From Octopus bimaculoides (lineage: Eukaryota), in assembly GCF_001194135.2 (NCBI RefSeq), contig NC_068986.1, forward strand, positions 40,499,668 to 40,534,985: DNA of 35,318 nt, in the 5' to 3' direction. Shown one piece after another: positions 22,086 through 34,135 of this stretch. Below the pieces are notes generated by a model. The model was not told the origin of the DNA and made no database searches. It was given only the letters and a program-made list of their open reading frames with translations. A program made the translations under genes and the position numbers. Numbering within the stretch: the stretch's first letter is position 1; each line of letters starts with the position of its first letter.

Positions 22086-22232
22086 ACGATGGGCTTCTGC
22101 GTTTCCGTCTTCCAAAGTTCATTTACAAAGTATTAGTTCAGTCTAAGGTTATAGAAGACTCTTGTCTGGTGCTGCAGCAAGGGATCAAAACTGAAACTAA
22201 AGTGTATGTGAAGCAAACTTCTTAACCATGCA
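22086..22232 (-). mobile_element. SINE family B head fragment
   Basis: gggcttctgcgtttccgtct...gaagcaaacttcttaacc. Confidence 0.7.
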
Positions 22233-22269
22233 CATACACAAACACACGCGTGCGCACACATATGCATAC

Positions 22270-22765
22270 ACGCACACACCATCATCATCATTTTAACATC
22301 CACATTTCCATGCTTGCATGGGTCAGATGGAATTCATCGAGGCAGATTTTTTTTTTACAACCAGATGCCCTTTCTGTCACCAACACTTACCTGTTGCTAA
22401 GCAAGGCAATATTCCACCCTGACTTGACATGTTTTTCATGGAAGATTGGAAATGAGAAACACTTTTTACATGACAGTCACACTCGTTTACAACTGTCACT
22501 TGTTATCAAAGCAAAGAGACATGAATACAAGCATATTCCCCACACACACACTTGCATACATACCTGCACATATAAACACACACACACACATACATGCATT
22601 CACAAGGGACTTTTTCCAGTTTCCATCTACTAGATCTACTCACAAGTTTTTGGCTAACTGTGGGCGATAGCTGAAGACACTTGCTCAAAGTACCATGCTG
22701 TGGAATTGAACCCTTAACCATGTGGTTGGGAAACAAACTGTTCAACCATATGGCTATACCTGTAC
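22270..22765 (-). mobile_element. SINE with B head and C-type tail
   Basis: Reverse-complement counterpart of 16675-17140. Confidence 0.85.
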
Positions 22766-23157
22766 ACACACACTTTCCCTCTCTCTTTCTCTCTCTCTCT
22801 CTATCACACACACAAAGCTGCTATGTGAGTGTGTGTGTGTGTGTGTGCTATTTTTTTTTAAAGCAATTACCTTATAATACTTCCAGCAAACAATGAGAGT
22901 ATCAAGTGCAGTAGATACTACTTTATTAATAACTAGAACAATAAGTATCATAGTAGGGTGTAGTAAATGCTACCCCAATAAACTACAAGGTGTCAGCTTT
23001 CTGTAGCATGGCAACCAAGGTAATATACTTTCTATTAAATGTGATGATGGTTAACTTAATTTTGAACCATTCGTAATAATGTTGGCAGGGGTGGTTTGGC
23101 GACAGTGCTAATTGTGGCGTGAACATATTAACGATATTAATGCTCTACGTTGTTGTG

Positions 23158-23196
<39 letters not shown>

Positions 23197-23227
23197 GTAA
23201 TAATAATAGTTCCAGTGGTGATGTCTC

Positions 23228-23262
<35 letters not shown>

Positions 23263-23520
23263 TGCCTCAAGTCAGCTTTAATCAAATAGATCTATGATCA
23301 AAGACATTCCAGCTATGAATATATACCATTTCTTATTCAACCACTCTATATCTTGAACTGCATTATCTAATATCTTTTCTTTCTCTTCTTCTTTTTTTTT
23401 TTTTTTTTTTTTTTTTTGTATATGCGTGTGTTAAGATGGTGGAGAAAGGGAGTATGATGTAAGGGGAAAATTTGTCTGCTATTTCTAGCAGATGAATCAA
23501 TCATATAAGAGAGTCACCAT
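23158..23520. repeat. (AAT)n, then (GTT)n as tail of a minus-strand family D repeat (23262-23520) containing a 26-nt poly(T)
   Basis: Read directly; D motif tatgatcaaagacattccagct. Confidence 0.8.
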
Positions 23521-24017
23521 TGTTAGCTCATTGTTGCTGTTATATTTACCATTAGTGACTATGTTAGAATTATTATCTCAATGGTGGTAGCAACATACTC
23601 GTTGTTGTTATATTAGTGTAATTTGTGAAGTGTTGATATTATTATCTTAGTAGTAATAATAGAATCTCCACTGTTATTTCAATTTTGGTATTATTTGCGA
23701 TGTGTTAGTATCATGTTGGTGGTGGTGGCAGAATTAAATATGAGTAATTGAGGTAGTGATTTGTTAAAGGCAAAATAATGGTTTGTTATTTTAGTACTAA
23801 TAGTATCATGTTTTTGTAGTCAACTATTATTATTGTTATTGGCAGAATCATAAGAATCTTGGTAAAAAAAAAAAAATACCTTGTGGTATTTAGTTACAGT
23901 ACTTTTAAGTTCAAACCCCACCAGAGTCAAATATTAGGGGCAATTTATGGGACTAACCCATCCACCCCCACTCCCACAACCAAACTTTGGGCCTTGTGCC
24001 TGTGTTTGAATCACTTA

Positions 24018-24123
24018 CATCATCATCATCATCATCATCATCATCATTTAACGTCTGTTTTCCATGCTGGCATGGGTTGGACAGCTTGACAGGAACTGGC
24101 AAGGCCAGAGGCAACACCAGGTT
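24018..24123 (-). mobile_element. SINE family C tail fragment
   Basis: (cat)n-ttaacgtctgttttccatgctggcatgggttggac. Confidence 0.85.
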
Positions 24124-24179
24124 TTAGGGCTGTGAATTGGCAGAATCAAAGTGTTGGATAAAATGCTTTGTGATATTTA

Positions 24180-24355
24180 GAGTGAGAGAGCAGCGCATGC
24201 CGTCAAAGTGACACTGGGGTACAAATATACAAAGCCTAATATGCCCATCGTAACTACCCATCTGATAAGGGTACCCCAGGTGCATGCATCACAACCATGT
24301 TTGTGCAACATGGTGATCTCATATCAAGATAAACAGCGCATGACCTTGCAGGTGG
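24180..24355. repeat. Probable interspersed repeat (family E), class unknown
   Basis: GC-richer block agagtgagagagcagcgcatgcc...gaccttgcaggtgg that I recall as a common octopus repeat; single copy here. Confidence 0.45.
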
Positions 24356-24514
24356 TTTGAGAAATTATTTTGTTAAAAACTATTACTAGTCTGAAACAAT
24401 TAGACATTTTAAATTATATATATAGTCTCTTGCTCTATGGAGTAAAACTTAAAAGGATATGCTTCAAGTTCTTGAGAATATTGTATTGAACTGATAATGC
24501 AATTTTAAAGATTC

Positions 24515-24742
24515 TTAACCCTTTAGCATTCAAATTACTCTGTCAAATGTAATGCTTAGTTATTCATGTTGTTTTAAAATAACTATGCATTATCTTGTAG
24601 CTTCAATATTTTAATGATGTGGTTGTATATTTTTAGAATGACATTATAGGGTAGGTATGAGAGACAGGATCTGACTGGTTTGAAGATAAAACAAGTAGAA
24701 AATTTGGGCCTGATATGGTTGGTTTTAATGCAAAAGAGTTTG
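24515..24742 (+). mobile_element. TTAA-flanked piggyBac-like MITE, copy 2
   Basis: ttaaccctttagcatt ... aatgcaaaagagtttg; body colinear with 16195-16422. Confidence 0.85.
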
Positions 24743-25360
24743 TGGATGTCACATCTAATTACTGTGACAAGAAAAAAATGATTTTTATTTACTTTTTTAA
24801 AAAAATTGTCTTCATTTCTAGGGATTGAGTAACTTTGCATTTTAGCATTAGCTTCACATTCATTAAAGAATTATTGGTAAATTAATATCAAAAATTTTCT
24901 CAACCCTGCGTGAATTAAGGTTCCATTTTAAAATACCAACAAGCTATGTCTTTCCAATCTTATGACTACCAGAGTTAAACATTCTAATTGGATTTTTCTT
25001 CTTGGAGTTTGATGCTACAGCCACGCAATATGCATTTTGAGCATATGTTTCTGGAATACCAAATTTATTTCATATTATATTGGCGTATTAGTAATGATGC
25101 TACTAATAATTTCGAATTTAGACATAAAGCCAGCGATATGTTAGGTGGGAGCATAGTTAATTAAATTAACTCCAGTATACATTTAGTACTAAGTCTATTG
25201 GCCTTCCAGTCTGAATTGCAACCTTTCTTGAAGATGGCAATAATGATTGCATCTCTGAGGTCATCTCTTTTCACATCCAGATTAGCAGGAAGAGTACATG
25301 AAACTCTGCTGTGTTAGTGCTCCATTGCTTCATTCTCATCTTCATTGTGTGTGTGCGTGT

Positions 25361-25402
<42 letters not shown>

Positions 25403-25406
<4 letters not shown>

Positions 25407-25565
25407 GCATGACTGTGTGGTTGAGAACTTGCTTCCCAACAATGTGGTCTTGGGTTCAGTCCCAATGTCTGGCACCTTGGACAAGTTTACTCTTCTGCTA
25501 TAGCCTTAGGCCAACCAATGTCTTGTAAGTAGATTTGGTAAGCAGATATAAAAAGAAGCCCATTG
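25403..25565 (+). mobile_element. SINE family B head
   Basis: ctgtgtggtt..gcttcccaac...gggttcagtccc...gcaccttggacaag. Confidence 0.85.
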
Positions 25566-25827
25566 TGTGTGGGAGGGGGGCTTCATTTTTGGAGATTAGA
25601 TTGTTCACCCACAGTACTGTATGTGGTTCAATTTATTTCTGGCATACAAGTCAATGTAACAGAATAATGTAAACATTCAATCCTGATGCATTTCACAGGC
25701 AGTTTTTTATCCTCCAAAGTCATCTTGATGTATAAGTCAGTCTACTTTCTTTAACTGTAAATTTTGGCCTGAATAATTCAACTTGTTTGCTGGAAAATAT
25801 GGTTGTTGTTAGCAAAATGGCGATGAC

Positions 25828-26008
25828 ACATAAAAAACACCCAGTACACTTTGTAAAGTGGCTGACGTTAGGAGGGGTATCCAACCCTAGAAGCCAAGCC
25901 AAAACAGACAACTGTAGCCTGGTGCAGCTCTTTGACTTATCAGTCCCAGTTAAACCATCTAACCCATGCCAGCATAGAAAATGGACCTTAAATGATGATG
26001 AGGAGGAG
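25828..26008 (+). mobile_element. SINE family C 3' portion
   Basis: acccatgccagcatagaaaatggaccttaaatgatgatg. Confidence 0.8.
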
Positions 26009-26429
26009 AAAATGCAATGTTAATTTTGTAGAGGATGCAAAAAGTAATCAAATATATTGTAGGGGGCTGGATGTAGAAAAAGTTGGGAATCACTGGAGTG
26101 TAGGATCCATTTTTAGTGGTTTAGACCCCTGATTAATCAAACTCAGCCATGGCCATCCTCTCTTTACCTTAGTTTATATTGTTCAATGTATTGTTCAGTT
26201 TGATTTTTAAACATTTCATTGTTTTTGAGAGAGATTTGGCTGCTATTTCCAGCAAGTCAAATCTTTTAAAGGATCCCTCAGTACCCTCAATAGGTGCAGG
26301 CATGGCTGTGTGGTTAAGAAGCTTGCTTTGCAACTACATGATATTAGTTTATCAATAATTAACCACTGACTGACCAATGTCTTGTAAGTGAATTGGGTAG
26401 ACTAAAACTGGGTAAAAATCTGTCACATA

Positions 26430-26800
26430 TATCATCATCATCATCACCATTAAACATCCGTTGTCCATGCTGGCCTGGATTGGATGGCTGGCATGCTGGA
26501 TAGCTGCACCAGGCTCCAGTCTGATTTGGCATGGTTTTCTACGGCTAGATGCCCTTCCTAATGCCAACTACTCCAAGAGTATAAATGGATGCTTTTACAT
26601 GCCACCGGCACGGGTGTCATTTGCATGACACCAATATCTTCCATGACTGCAATTTTGCTTGGCTTGATGGGTCTTCTTCTCAAATATGACATAATGCCAA
26701 AGGTCTTGGTCATTGCCTCCATGAGGCCCCACACTTGAAAGGAATTCGGCCACCTCGCCTCCATGAGGCCCAACACTCGAAAGGAGCTCAGCCACTTTGC
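26430..26800 (-). mobile_element. Long SINE family C copy with an internal 42-bp tandem duplication
   Basis: (cat)n tail at 26430; gcctccatgaggcc at 26715 and 26757. Confidence 0.85.
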
Positions 26801-26853
26801 AGCATAAATTTGTGCTTACAGTAGAAAGGATTATTGTTGTTATTACTATGAAC

Positions 26854-27450
26854 AAGGCAGTGAGCTGATAGAACCATTAGCATGCTGGGCAGTGTGCTTA
26901 GTGGTATTTCATCCATATTTTTGTTCTGAGTTCAAATTCCACCAAGATCAACTTTACCTTTCATGCTTTGATAAAATAAGTACCAGTTGAGGACTGAGGT
27001 TGATGTAATCAACTAGTCTTCCTCCCCTGAACTTGCTGTCCTTGTACCAAAATTTGAAACCATTATTATTATTATCAATAAGGCGGTGAGCTGGCAGAAC
27101 TATTAGCATGCCAGGCAAAACGTTTAGCCAGATTTTGTCCATGTTTATGTTCTGAATTCAAATTCTGCTGAGGTCAGCTTTGCCTTTCGAGCATTTGGGT
27201 TAGTGTAATCAACTGACACCTTCCCCCAAAATTCCTGGCCTTGTATCAAAATTTGAAACTGTTAATATTAATTAAGGCAGTGATTTGGCAGTTCTGAGTT
27301 CAAATTCCACCAGAGTCAACTTTACCTTTCATCCTTTTGGGGCCCATAAATTAAGTACCAGTTGCGTACTGGGGTTGATCTAATTGACTGGCCCCTCCCC
27401 CCAAATTTCAGGCCTTGTGCTTATAGTAGAAAGAATTATTATCATTATTA
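26854..27450 (+). mobile_element. Head-to-tail trimer of SINE family A
   Basis: aaggc(a/g)gtga heads at 26854, 27080 and 27274, separated by ATT-rich tails. Confidence 0.88.
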
Positions 27451-27460
27451 TTAATATTAT

Positions 27461-27616
27461 GATTGGCATTAGGAAAGAGCATCCAGTTGCAGATATCATA
27501 ATCAAAACAGACATTGGAGCTTGGTGCAGTCTTCTGGCCTACCAGCTCCTGTCAAACCATCCTACCCACACCAGCATGGCAAAATGGACATTATATATTG
27601 ATGATGATGATGATAG
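27461..27616 (+). mobile_element. SINE family C 3' portion
   Basis: ttggcattaggaaagagcatccag...ccagcatggcaaaatggacatt..(gat)n. Confidence 0.85.
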
Positions 27617-28309
27617 CCATGTTACTACTTTTTGTTTTCTATACCTATTTGTTTTATATTTACAGTCAATTATGCATAACCCCACCACACACACTCACAC
27701 AGCTTTTGTAATTTGTTCTTGTACTGTCTCTTTTAACTGCCACCCTTGTGGCAAATAAAAGAAACCATTATCGTTATTGTTGGTGATAGTTTTCGAGTTC
27801 GTGGTAGTTGAGATTTCGCTTGTAGCATTGACAAGCTTTCATGTAGCAGTCCCTATGCTATTTACAAGCTGTGAATGATGCTACAAATAACAACAATTTA
27901 TTAACATATTCAGTTGCAGAGACATATTGAAGGTGAAATTAGCAGTCTGTACTGCAGTAGTGAACTGCAGTACTCTGTTTGCAGAAATGTCTTTTGTCAC
28001 CTACAACACCACTAATCAATAGGAGTACTAACCCTGTGCTTTCACTCTCTCTTTTCTTTTTCTCTTTTTCTCACATAGACATATGCACACACACACACAC
28101 ACACACACACGTGGTGGTAATAAAAACAAAAGAAAGAGTACTCTCTGTGCACGGTTGTTGAAGTTACTTCTCAGTATTTTCTTGCTATTAGGAATCCTCC
28201 AGGTGACAAAACGACATAAGCTCTGGGTAGTGATAGAACGAATGAGCAGCTATGAATGAATAGGTTCTACTACATGTATTGAATATTCTTCCTTCTGTTT
28301 GTGCATTAA

Positions 28310-28680
28310 GACTTACACATGTGCACACACCCTTGCACACATACATACCCAACCACCCACCCACACACGTATGCAACTCCCACACAGATCCACCCCACAC
28401 ACACATGTACCTCATACACATGCACTCCATACACACATGCATCCCACACACACATGCAATCCACACACACATGCATCTCACACACATGCACATGCATCCC
28501 ACACACACACATATTCCCATAAACACATTCACCCCCCACACATGCATGCACTTCCACACAAGCACCCACACACACATATGCACCAACACTCATGCATGCA
28601 CCCTCCCACCTACTCCCACAGATACATGTGCATACTCCTTCACATACGTGCGTGCACACACACACACACACACACACAAA
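28310..28680. repeat. Degenerate (CA)n/CATG compound microsatellite
   Basis: Explains the H/T/M/C/V-rich ORFs at 28188-28707. Confidence 0.9.
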
Positions 28681-28819
28681 CTTGATGAATTTTCAAATTT
28701 TGATTAGATACAAAATAATTTTGGCAAGGAGTGTGTGTGTGTGCATGTATGTCTGTCTTTCTTTTTCCTAGTACAAAGAAAAAGTCTGAGAAAGGTAAAC
28801 CATTTATATGTTCATGTGG

Positions 28820-29498
28820 TTAGCCTTTTTGGACCTAATAGTGACTGGTGATGAGAAATGGGTTCTCTGTAAAAATGTCAAGCACCAAAGACAGTGGGTA
28901 GGGAAAGGGGAAGCACTGGCACCCCTGGCTAAAGAAGGTCTTCACCCACATAAGATGTTATCTGTTTGGTGGGATATGAAAAGTTTAGTCCACTTTGAAT
29001 TTTTAAACCCAAACCAAATGATGACAAAGGAGATCTACTGCAAGCAGCTTGATTGGTTTAAGTCAGTGCTGGAAGAAAAATGACTGTCTTTGGTTTCAAG
29101 AAGGAAGGTGTTCTTCCATCAGGATAATGCTTGGCCACATATAGTGGGGATGACATTTCAAAGGTTGGAGCAATTTGAATGGGAAACAATGCCCCACCCA
29201 CCATATTCGCCAGACATTGCCCCATTTGATTATCATTTATTCTGCAGTCTTCAAAATCATTTGGATGGGAAAAATATGAATTCTGTAGATGAGGTCAGAA
29301 CAGTACTGGAGGAGTATTTTTCGTCATGGACAAGTGAATTTGGGAAGAGGGGCCTTGCAAGCCTACCAGATAGATGGAAGAGCATTGTAGAAAATGAGGG
29401 AGAGTATATTTTAGATTAAAAAAGAACTTTTTTATCTTAATTTTGAAAAAATACAGGAAGTATTAAAAAATCCCCATTATTTAAGGGATGATGCAGTA
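28820..29498 (+). mobile_element. Mariner DD34D transposase pseudogene (catalytic domain) with 3' TIR, 5' truncated
   Basis: FLDLIVTGDEKW...HPHKMLSVWWD...EEK*...HQDNAWPH...HPPYSPDIAPFDYHLF...EGEYILD*. ORFs 28808 and 29090 share a frame across TGA 29081-29083. 34 residues counted between the second and third D. TIR-like end ttaagggatgatgcag-TA. Confidence 0.97.
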
Positions 29499-29536
29499 TA
29501 TATATATATATNNNNNNNNNNNNNNNNNNTATATAT

Positions 29537-29702
29537 ATAAGCTTCTTTTAGTTTCTGTCTACCAAATCCACTCACAATGTTCTGGTTGGCCCAAGGCTAT
29601 AGTAGAAGTAGAAGACACTTGCGCAAGGTGCCATGGCATTGGACTGAACCCGGAACCATGTAGTTGGGAAGCATGCTTCTTACCACACAGCAATGACTGC
29701 AC
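29537..29702 (-). mobile_element. SINE family B head
   Basis: gacacttgcgcaaggtgcc...ggactgaacccggaaccatg; 6-bp gtagaa duplication. Confidence 0.9.
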
Positions 29703-30479
29703 TTGTATTTATTTTTTATTTTTTCTGATAAAGTAAAGGTTGTATGATTGAAGCAACGTGCAGCTGCCATTTCTTGGAAGTTGAGCAACTATATCATGGC
29801 TCTTCTTGTTGGTTCAAATGACTCATTTGTTTTCAATAGAGTTTGAGGTTGTTGCTAGCAGTGTGTTTACTAATGATGTTATAATTAGTTTCGATCACCA
29901 AAAGCCAGATTAGCCCATATAAAAAAGTATGGTGTTAGCAGCATATTTCATATTAAGCAAAAAAAGAAGAAAAAGAAAAAGAAAGATAAAGAATATATGG
30001 TTTGATTGGAAAACAGAATTTTCCAATCAGACCACATATAAGCTCTCTTTCATGAGGACACACCAATTCATTTATTAATAAGAGAAGCCACATTTTATTT
30101 TTACTTTGATCTTCTCTAGCAAAGCACCAACAGACCAATCATCAGTATCACCACCGCCGTTATCATCATCATCCTTAAAACTTTCATCATCATTACCATC
30201 GTCCATCATCATCTGATGATGATGATGATGATCATCATCATATTTTTTAATATGAAATTTATAGGAAAGAGAATATTGTATTGATAATATGTTTGTTGGC
30301 GGGCCAGGCAGCTTAGCAGCCTACCGTGACGTCTCTAAGTAGCTTGTTTGTCTTGTGAATAGAATTCTTGGGAAATGGTGAATGGTGGTTGTGGTGGTGG
30401 ACGTGGGAGTGGTAGGAAGGGTGCCAAGAAAGCAACATAGGTAAATAATATGCAGTGAATTCATATCTAATATTAAATA

Positions 30480-30649
30480 TATACGTGTGTATGCATATAT
30501 TGTATTATGTATATGTGTGTATATATGTATGTATGAGTGCAAGCATGACGACTCACGTATATATGTGTATGTATGTGTATATATGTATGTATGAGTGCAA
30601 GCATGACGACTCATGTATATATGTGTATGTATGTGTATATATGTATGTA

Positions 30650-30686
<37 letters not shown>

Positions 30687-30850
30687 GCATATATATATAT
30701 CTGTGTGTATATATATGTATGTATATATGTATATGTATATATGTGTGTGTGTGTATATATATATATATAGATATATATATATATATATACAAAATGTATG
30801 TGTGTATATATGTGTATATATAAAAATATGTATGTGTGTGTGTGTGTATA
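30480..30850. repeat. Compound TA/TG/TATG microsatellite with a two-unit 58-bp higher-order repeat
   Basis: gagtgcaagcatgacgactca at 30535 and 30593. Confidence 0.9.
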
Positions 30851-30878
30851 TCTTTCTTTTTTTTTTGCTGAATGTGTC

Positions 30879-31250
<372 letters not shown>

Positions 31251-31615
31251 AATCAAGAGTAGAGGTGGCTCCTGTTACCTTTAGCAAAACCATGGGGAAG
31301 TTAACTCTTCTAGGAGAAAGTTACTTTGACATAAAACTTGCACTCACTGGAACCTACTATGGTAACTGAGAGAGTCAGAAGTGTCATACATGCTTTTGTT
31401 TCTTAAATCCAGTGACATACAGATGTTTCACTCGTTTCATTTCTTGGTCCATTTTGTATTTTATAAAGCCCTACCATGATGGATATCCATGTACATGCAA
31501 AGATAAAAGTAAATCAGAGCAACTAAGTTGAAATGCAACAGTTATCATCTGACAAGATGAGACAATAGTCATATATATATATATATATATATGGGTGTGT
31601 GTGTGTGTGTGTGTG

Positions 31616-31778
31616 ATCATTGTCATCATTTACCATACATTAGGCATAGGTTCAACTGGATCTAATGAGTCAGAGGGCTGCATTTAACCCCAGTGTCTGC
31701 TTTGGCATGGTTTCTATGGCTGAATGCCCTTCTTCATACCAAGTACATTACAGAGTGTACTGAGTGCTTTTTTCATGG
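31616..31778 (-). mobile_element. Decayed SINE family C
   Basis: ttggcatggtttctatggctgaatgcccttc. Confidence 0.7.
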
Positions 31779-31869
31779 GGTGTTGCTTTTGGTTTTCTGA
31801 TCATAACCTTCTGATACTGAAGATGAAATGAGTCTGTTATCTGTCCTTAGAACTGCAACTGATGGTTCT

Positions 31870-32290
31870 CTTAAAATAGCAGTTCCTGGGTTCTCCTGTT
31901 ATTGTTTCTGCCACATGCTGCTGCCCTACTCTTTCTCTTTCTTGGTATTTCAAATTTCTCCTGGCAGAAAGTCCGTGAGTGGCTTTTTTTTCTGCCACAC
32001 TTATAACAATTGGGCCTTTTGTAATGGATGGAATACAGCTCTAAGATACCTTTGTAATTTTCAGGGGTCATCAAGATTTGCAAGTCCATAAAACCCCTTC
32101 TCAACTACATTGTTTTCTATTATCCCAGAATTCCCCACATAACCATACTGTGCTGCAGAGGTAATGATTATCCAAGGGCATGCATTTGTTCCAAAATCTC
32201 TGGCTGTAGCCCTCATCATGCAGTTCCATACATTGCAGCACAATCTGTGGGCAAGTGTGTTATGCACTGATTCAGTCTGTAACCTCACCT
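31870..32290 (-). pseudogene. Possible gag/ORF1-like retroelement remnant with a zinc knuckle
   Basis: RPNCYKCGRKKSHSRTFC (C-X2-C-X5-H-X4-C, 31964-32008) followed by a basic tail; two overlapping frames. Confidence 0.4.
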
Positions 32291-32621
32291 CATCTCATTC
32301 TTATGCCCTTTGAAGACCAGGCATTCACTGCTACAAGCTTGATTAGAAATCTTATCAGCTAGTGCTGTTCTTTTGTGAAAACCTTCCCCATTTTAGGCAA
32401 GACAGTCATGTACTCTTTCATCTGGTTTGTTAATAAATTTATATCCTGTGCCTGAAACCAGTTTTTTGTAACATATCTCTCCTGTATTATTCGTTTATCA
32501 CTGTGTCTGATGATTCTTTTCAACTGGCTACATTAACAAAACAATTAAAAAAACAGCAAAAGTTTTAATCCAGTAACACTTGATAAGTTTCACAACACAT
32601 TTGTCCATACCAAAATACCAT

Positions 32622-32803
32622 AATAATAGCCATAAGTTTGGGAGAGGTAGGTGTGGTCGTGTAAATTGATTCCAGTAGTTAACAGGTATTTTATTTTATC
32701 AAGCCTGGAACAATGAAAGACAAACTTAAACCCAGCAGGATTTCAACTTAGGACATAAAGAGCCAAAACAAACATTTGCAAAGCATTTTGCCTAATGTTC
32801 TGC
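32622..32803 (-). mobile_element. Decayed SINE family A
   Basis: ggtattttattttatcaa...aatgaaagacaaactt...ggatttcaactt. Confidence 0.6.
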
Positions 32804-33127
32804 TTCAACTCTGTAATAAATTTATAATTTTTTAGCCTGAAAGACTATGTAGAGGACCATTTAGCTGCTAAATCTGGAATATTTTTGTTAAGCATATTAT
32901 TTGAATTACATTTATTTATATATTTCTGTTAATTGCTAATAGCATACAACCTTTTGATATTTGTTAAAAATTAGTATCTTTTTATATATTTTTATTACTA
33001 TAGTGTATTCCCTGATATAGAAAGACTTTGAAGATTTTTTTTATTGTGTTTTAACACTTTTCTGTTTGTTTTTTTTTAAACCTAAAATACCCATCTCATT
33101 TATTAGAATTTCTCGTAAATGTAGATG

Positions 33128-34135
33128 TTGCTGTTTAGCCCTAGGTTGGCCTCAATTGAGTATATCTATGATCAAAGGTATTTTAGCTATGACCATTCTC
33201 TCCTTTTAGAGATTGGAATTACATTATCTAATGCGTCTTGTCTTTATGAAAGATAGTGTATTTCGAAAGAGAATTGGTGCTATTTTTAGCAGTTTGACTG
33301 ACCACTTAGAGGCTTCCTGCATTAACCTGCTTCCTTCTTTGGCCCACCTCTCACTTTAGTCCATAAACTTAAATGTAATTAGATGTGCTAGAATGGTCTC
33401 AGTCTTTTAATAGAGATTAAGAAACGACAGCCAAAGCAATTAAAACCATAGCAATGACATCAACCACAACAGCTGCTGCATCAGCACAAGCAATAGATGC
33501 AATGATTACTACCACAGCAACAACAACAACAACATTAGCAATAATATTGGTTATATATGAACTGTTATCACATTTTGGCTTCGACAGCAGTGAGAGCAAT
33601 TACCATATCTAAACCTCTGCAATAATAGCTACAACAATAACAGCAATGAATATGACTACAACTAATGAAATATATTTCATTAACTACAACCACCAAAACT
33701 ACTACAGCCTGTAATGAGCCAACAAATAAGCCCATGCTCAACCTAGAAATAGCAGCCAAACCTCCTTCAAATCACACCCTGTTGTCTTAAATGTGGAAGG
33801 ATACAATGGATATATATGCAATCCCTGATAAAGAAGAGCTGGGGTAGTCATGATTGGAAGAACCTGGTCAATTCTGATTGACTAATCTATGTCTGGTCAT
33901 TCAGGAATGACCTGGGGTTAAACATTTATTGCAGTTACCTCTCCCTCCCCTCATTCCCAACAATGACCATGAGTTTATGTCAGATCATGCCCTACCTATC
34001 TTGAAAAAAGGGAAAGACAGAGTTGAATCATTTATATACCTAGATATCCCCTCATCTGACAGGATGGCCTTGGTTGGAATACTTTTGCTCTTAGGTCAGC
34101 TCGATACAGGTTGACCCAGAGACAACAACTGCAAC
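33128..34135. mobile_element. Three family D copies (33128-33320 minus; 33735-33925 and 33995-34135 plus) around an old (ACA)-rich low-complexity tract
   Basis: Shared aaatagcagccaaa / ctatgatcaaagg motifs. Confidence 0.7.

Noticed and set aside
28222-28233. 12-mer ctctgggtagtg shared with the 3809-3885 hairpin arm
   Set aside because: Shared 12-mers are expected by chance in 35 kb and the flanks do not match.
28188-28707. His/Cys/Met-rich ORFs resembling metal-binding proteins (also 30321-30900)
   Set aside because: Translations of CA/TG/TA repeats on both strands.
33417-33759. Val/Ala-rich minus-strand ORFs resembling signal or transmembrane segments
   Set aside because: Derived from a decayed (ACA/GCA)n tract.
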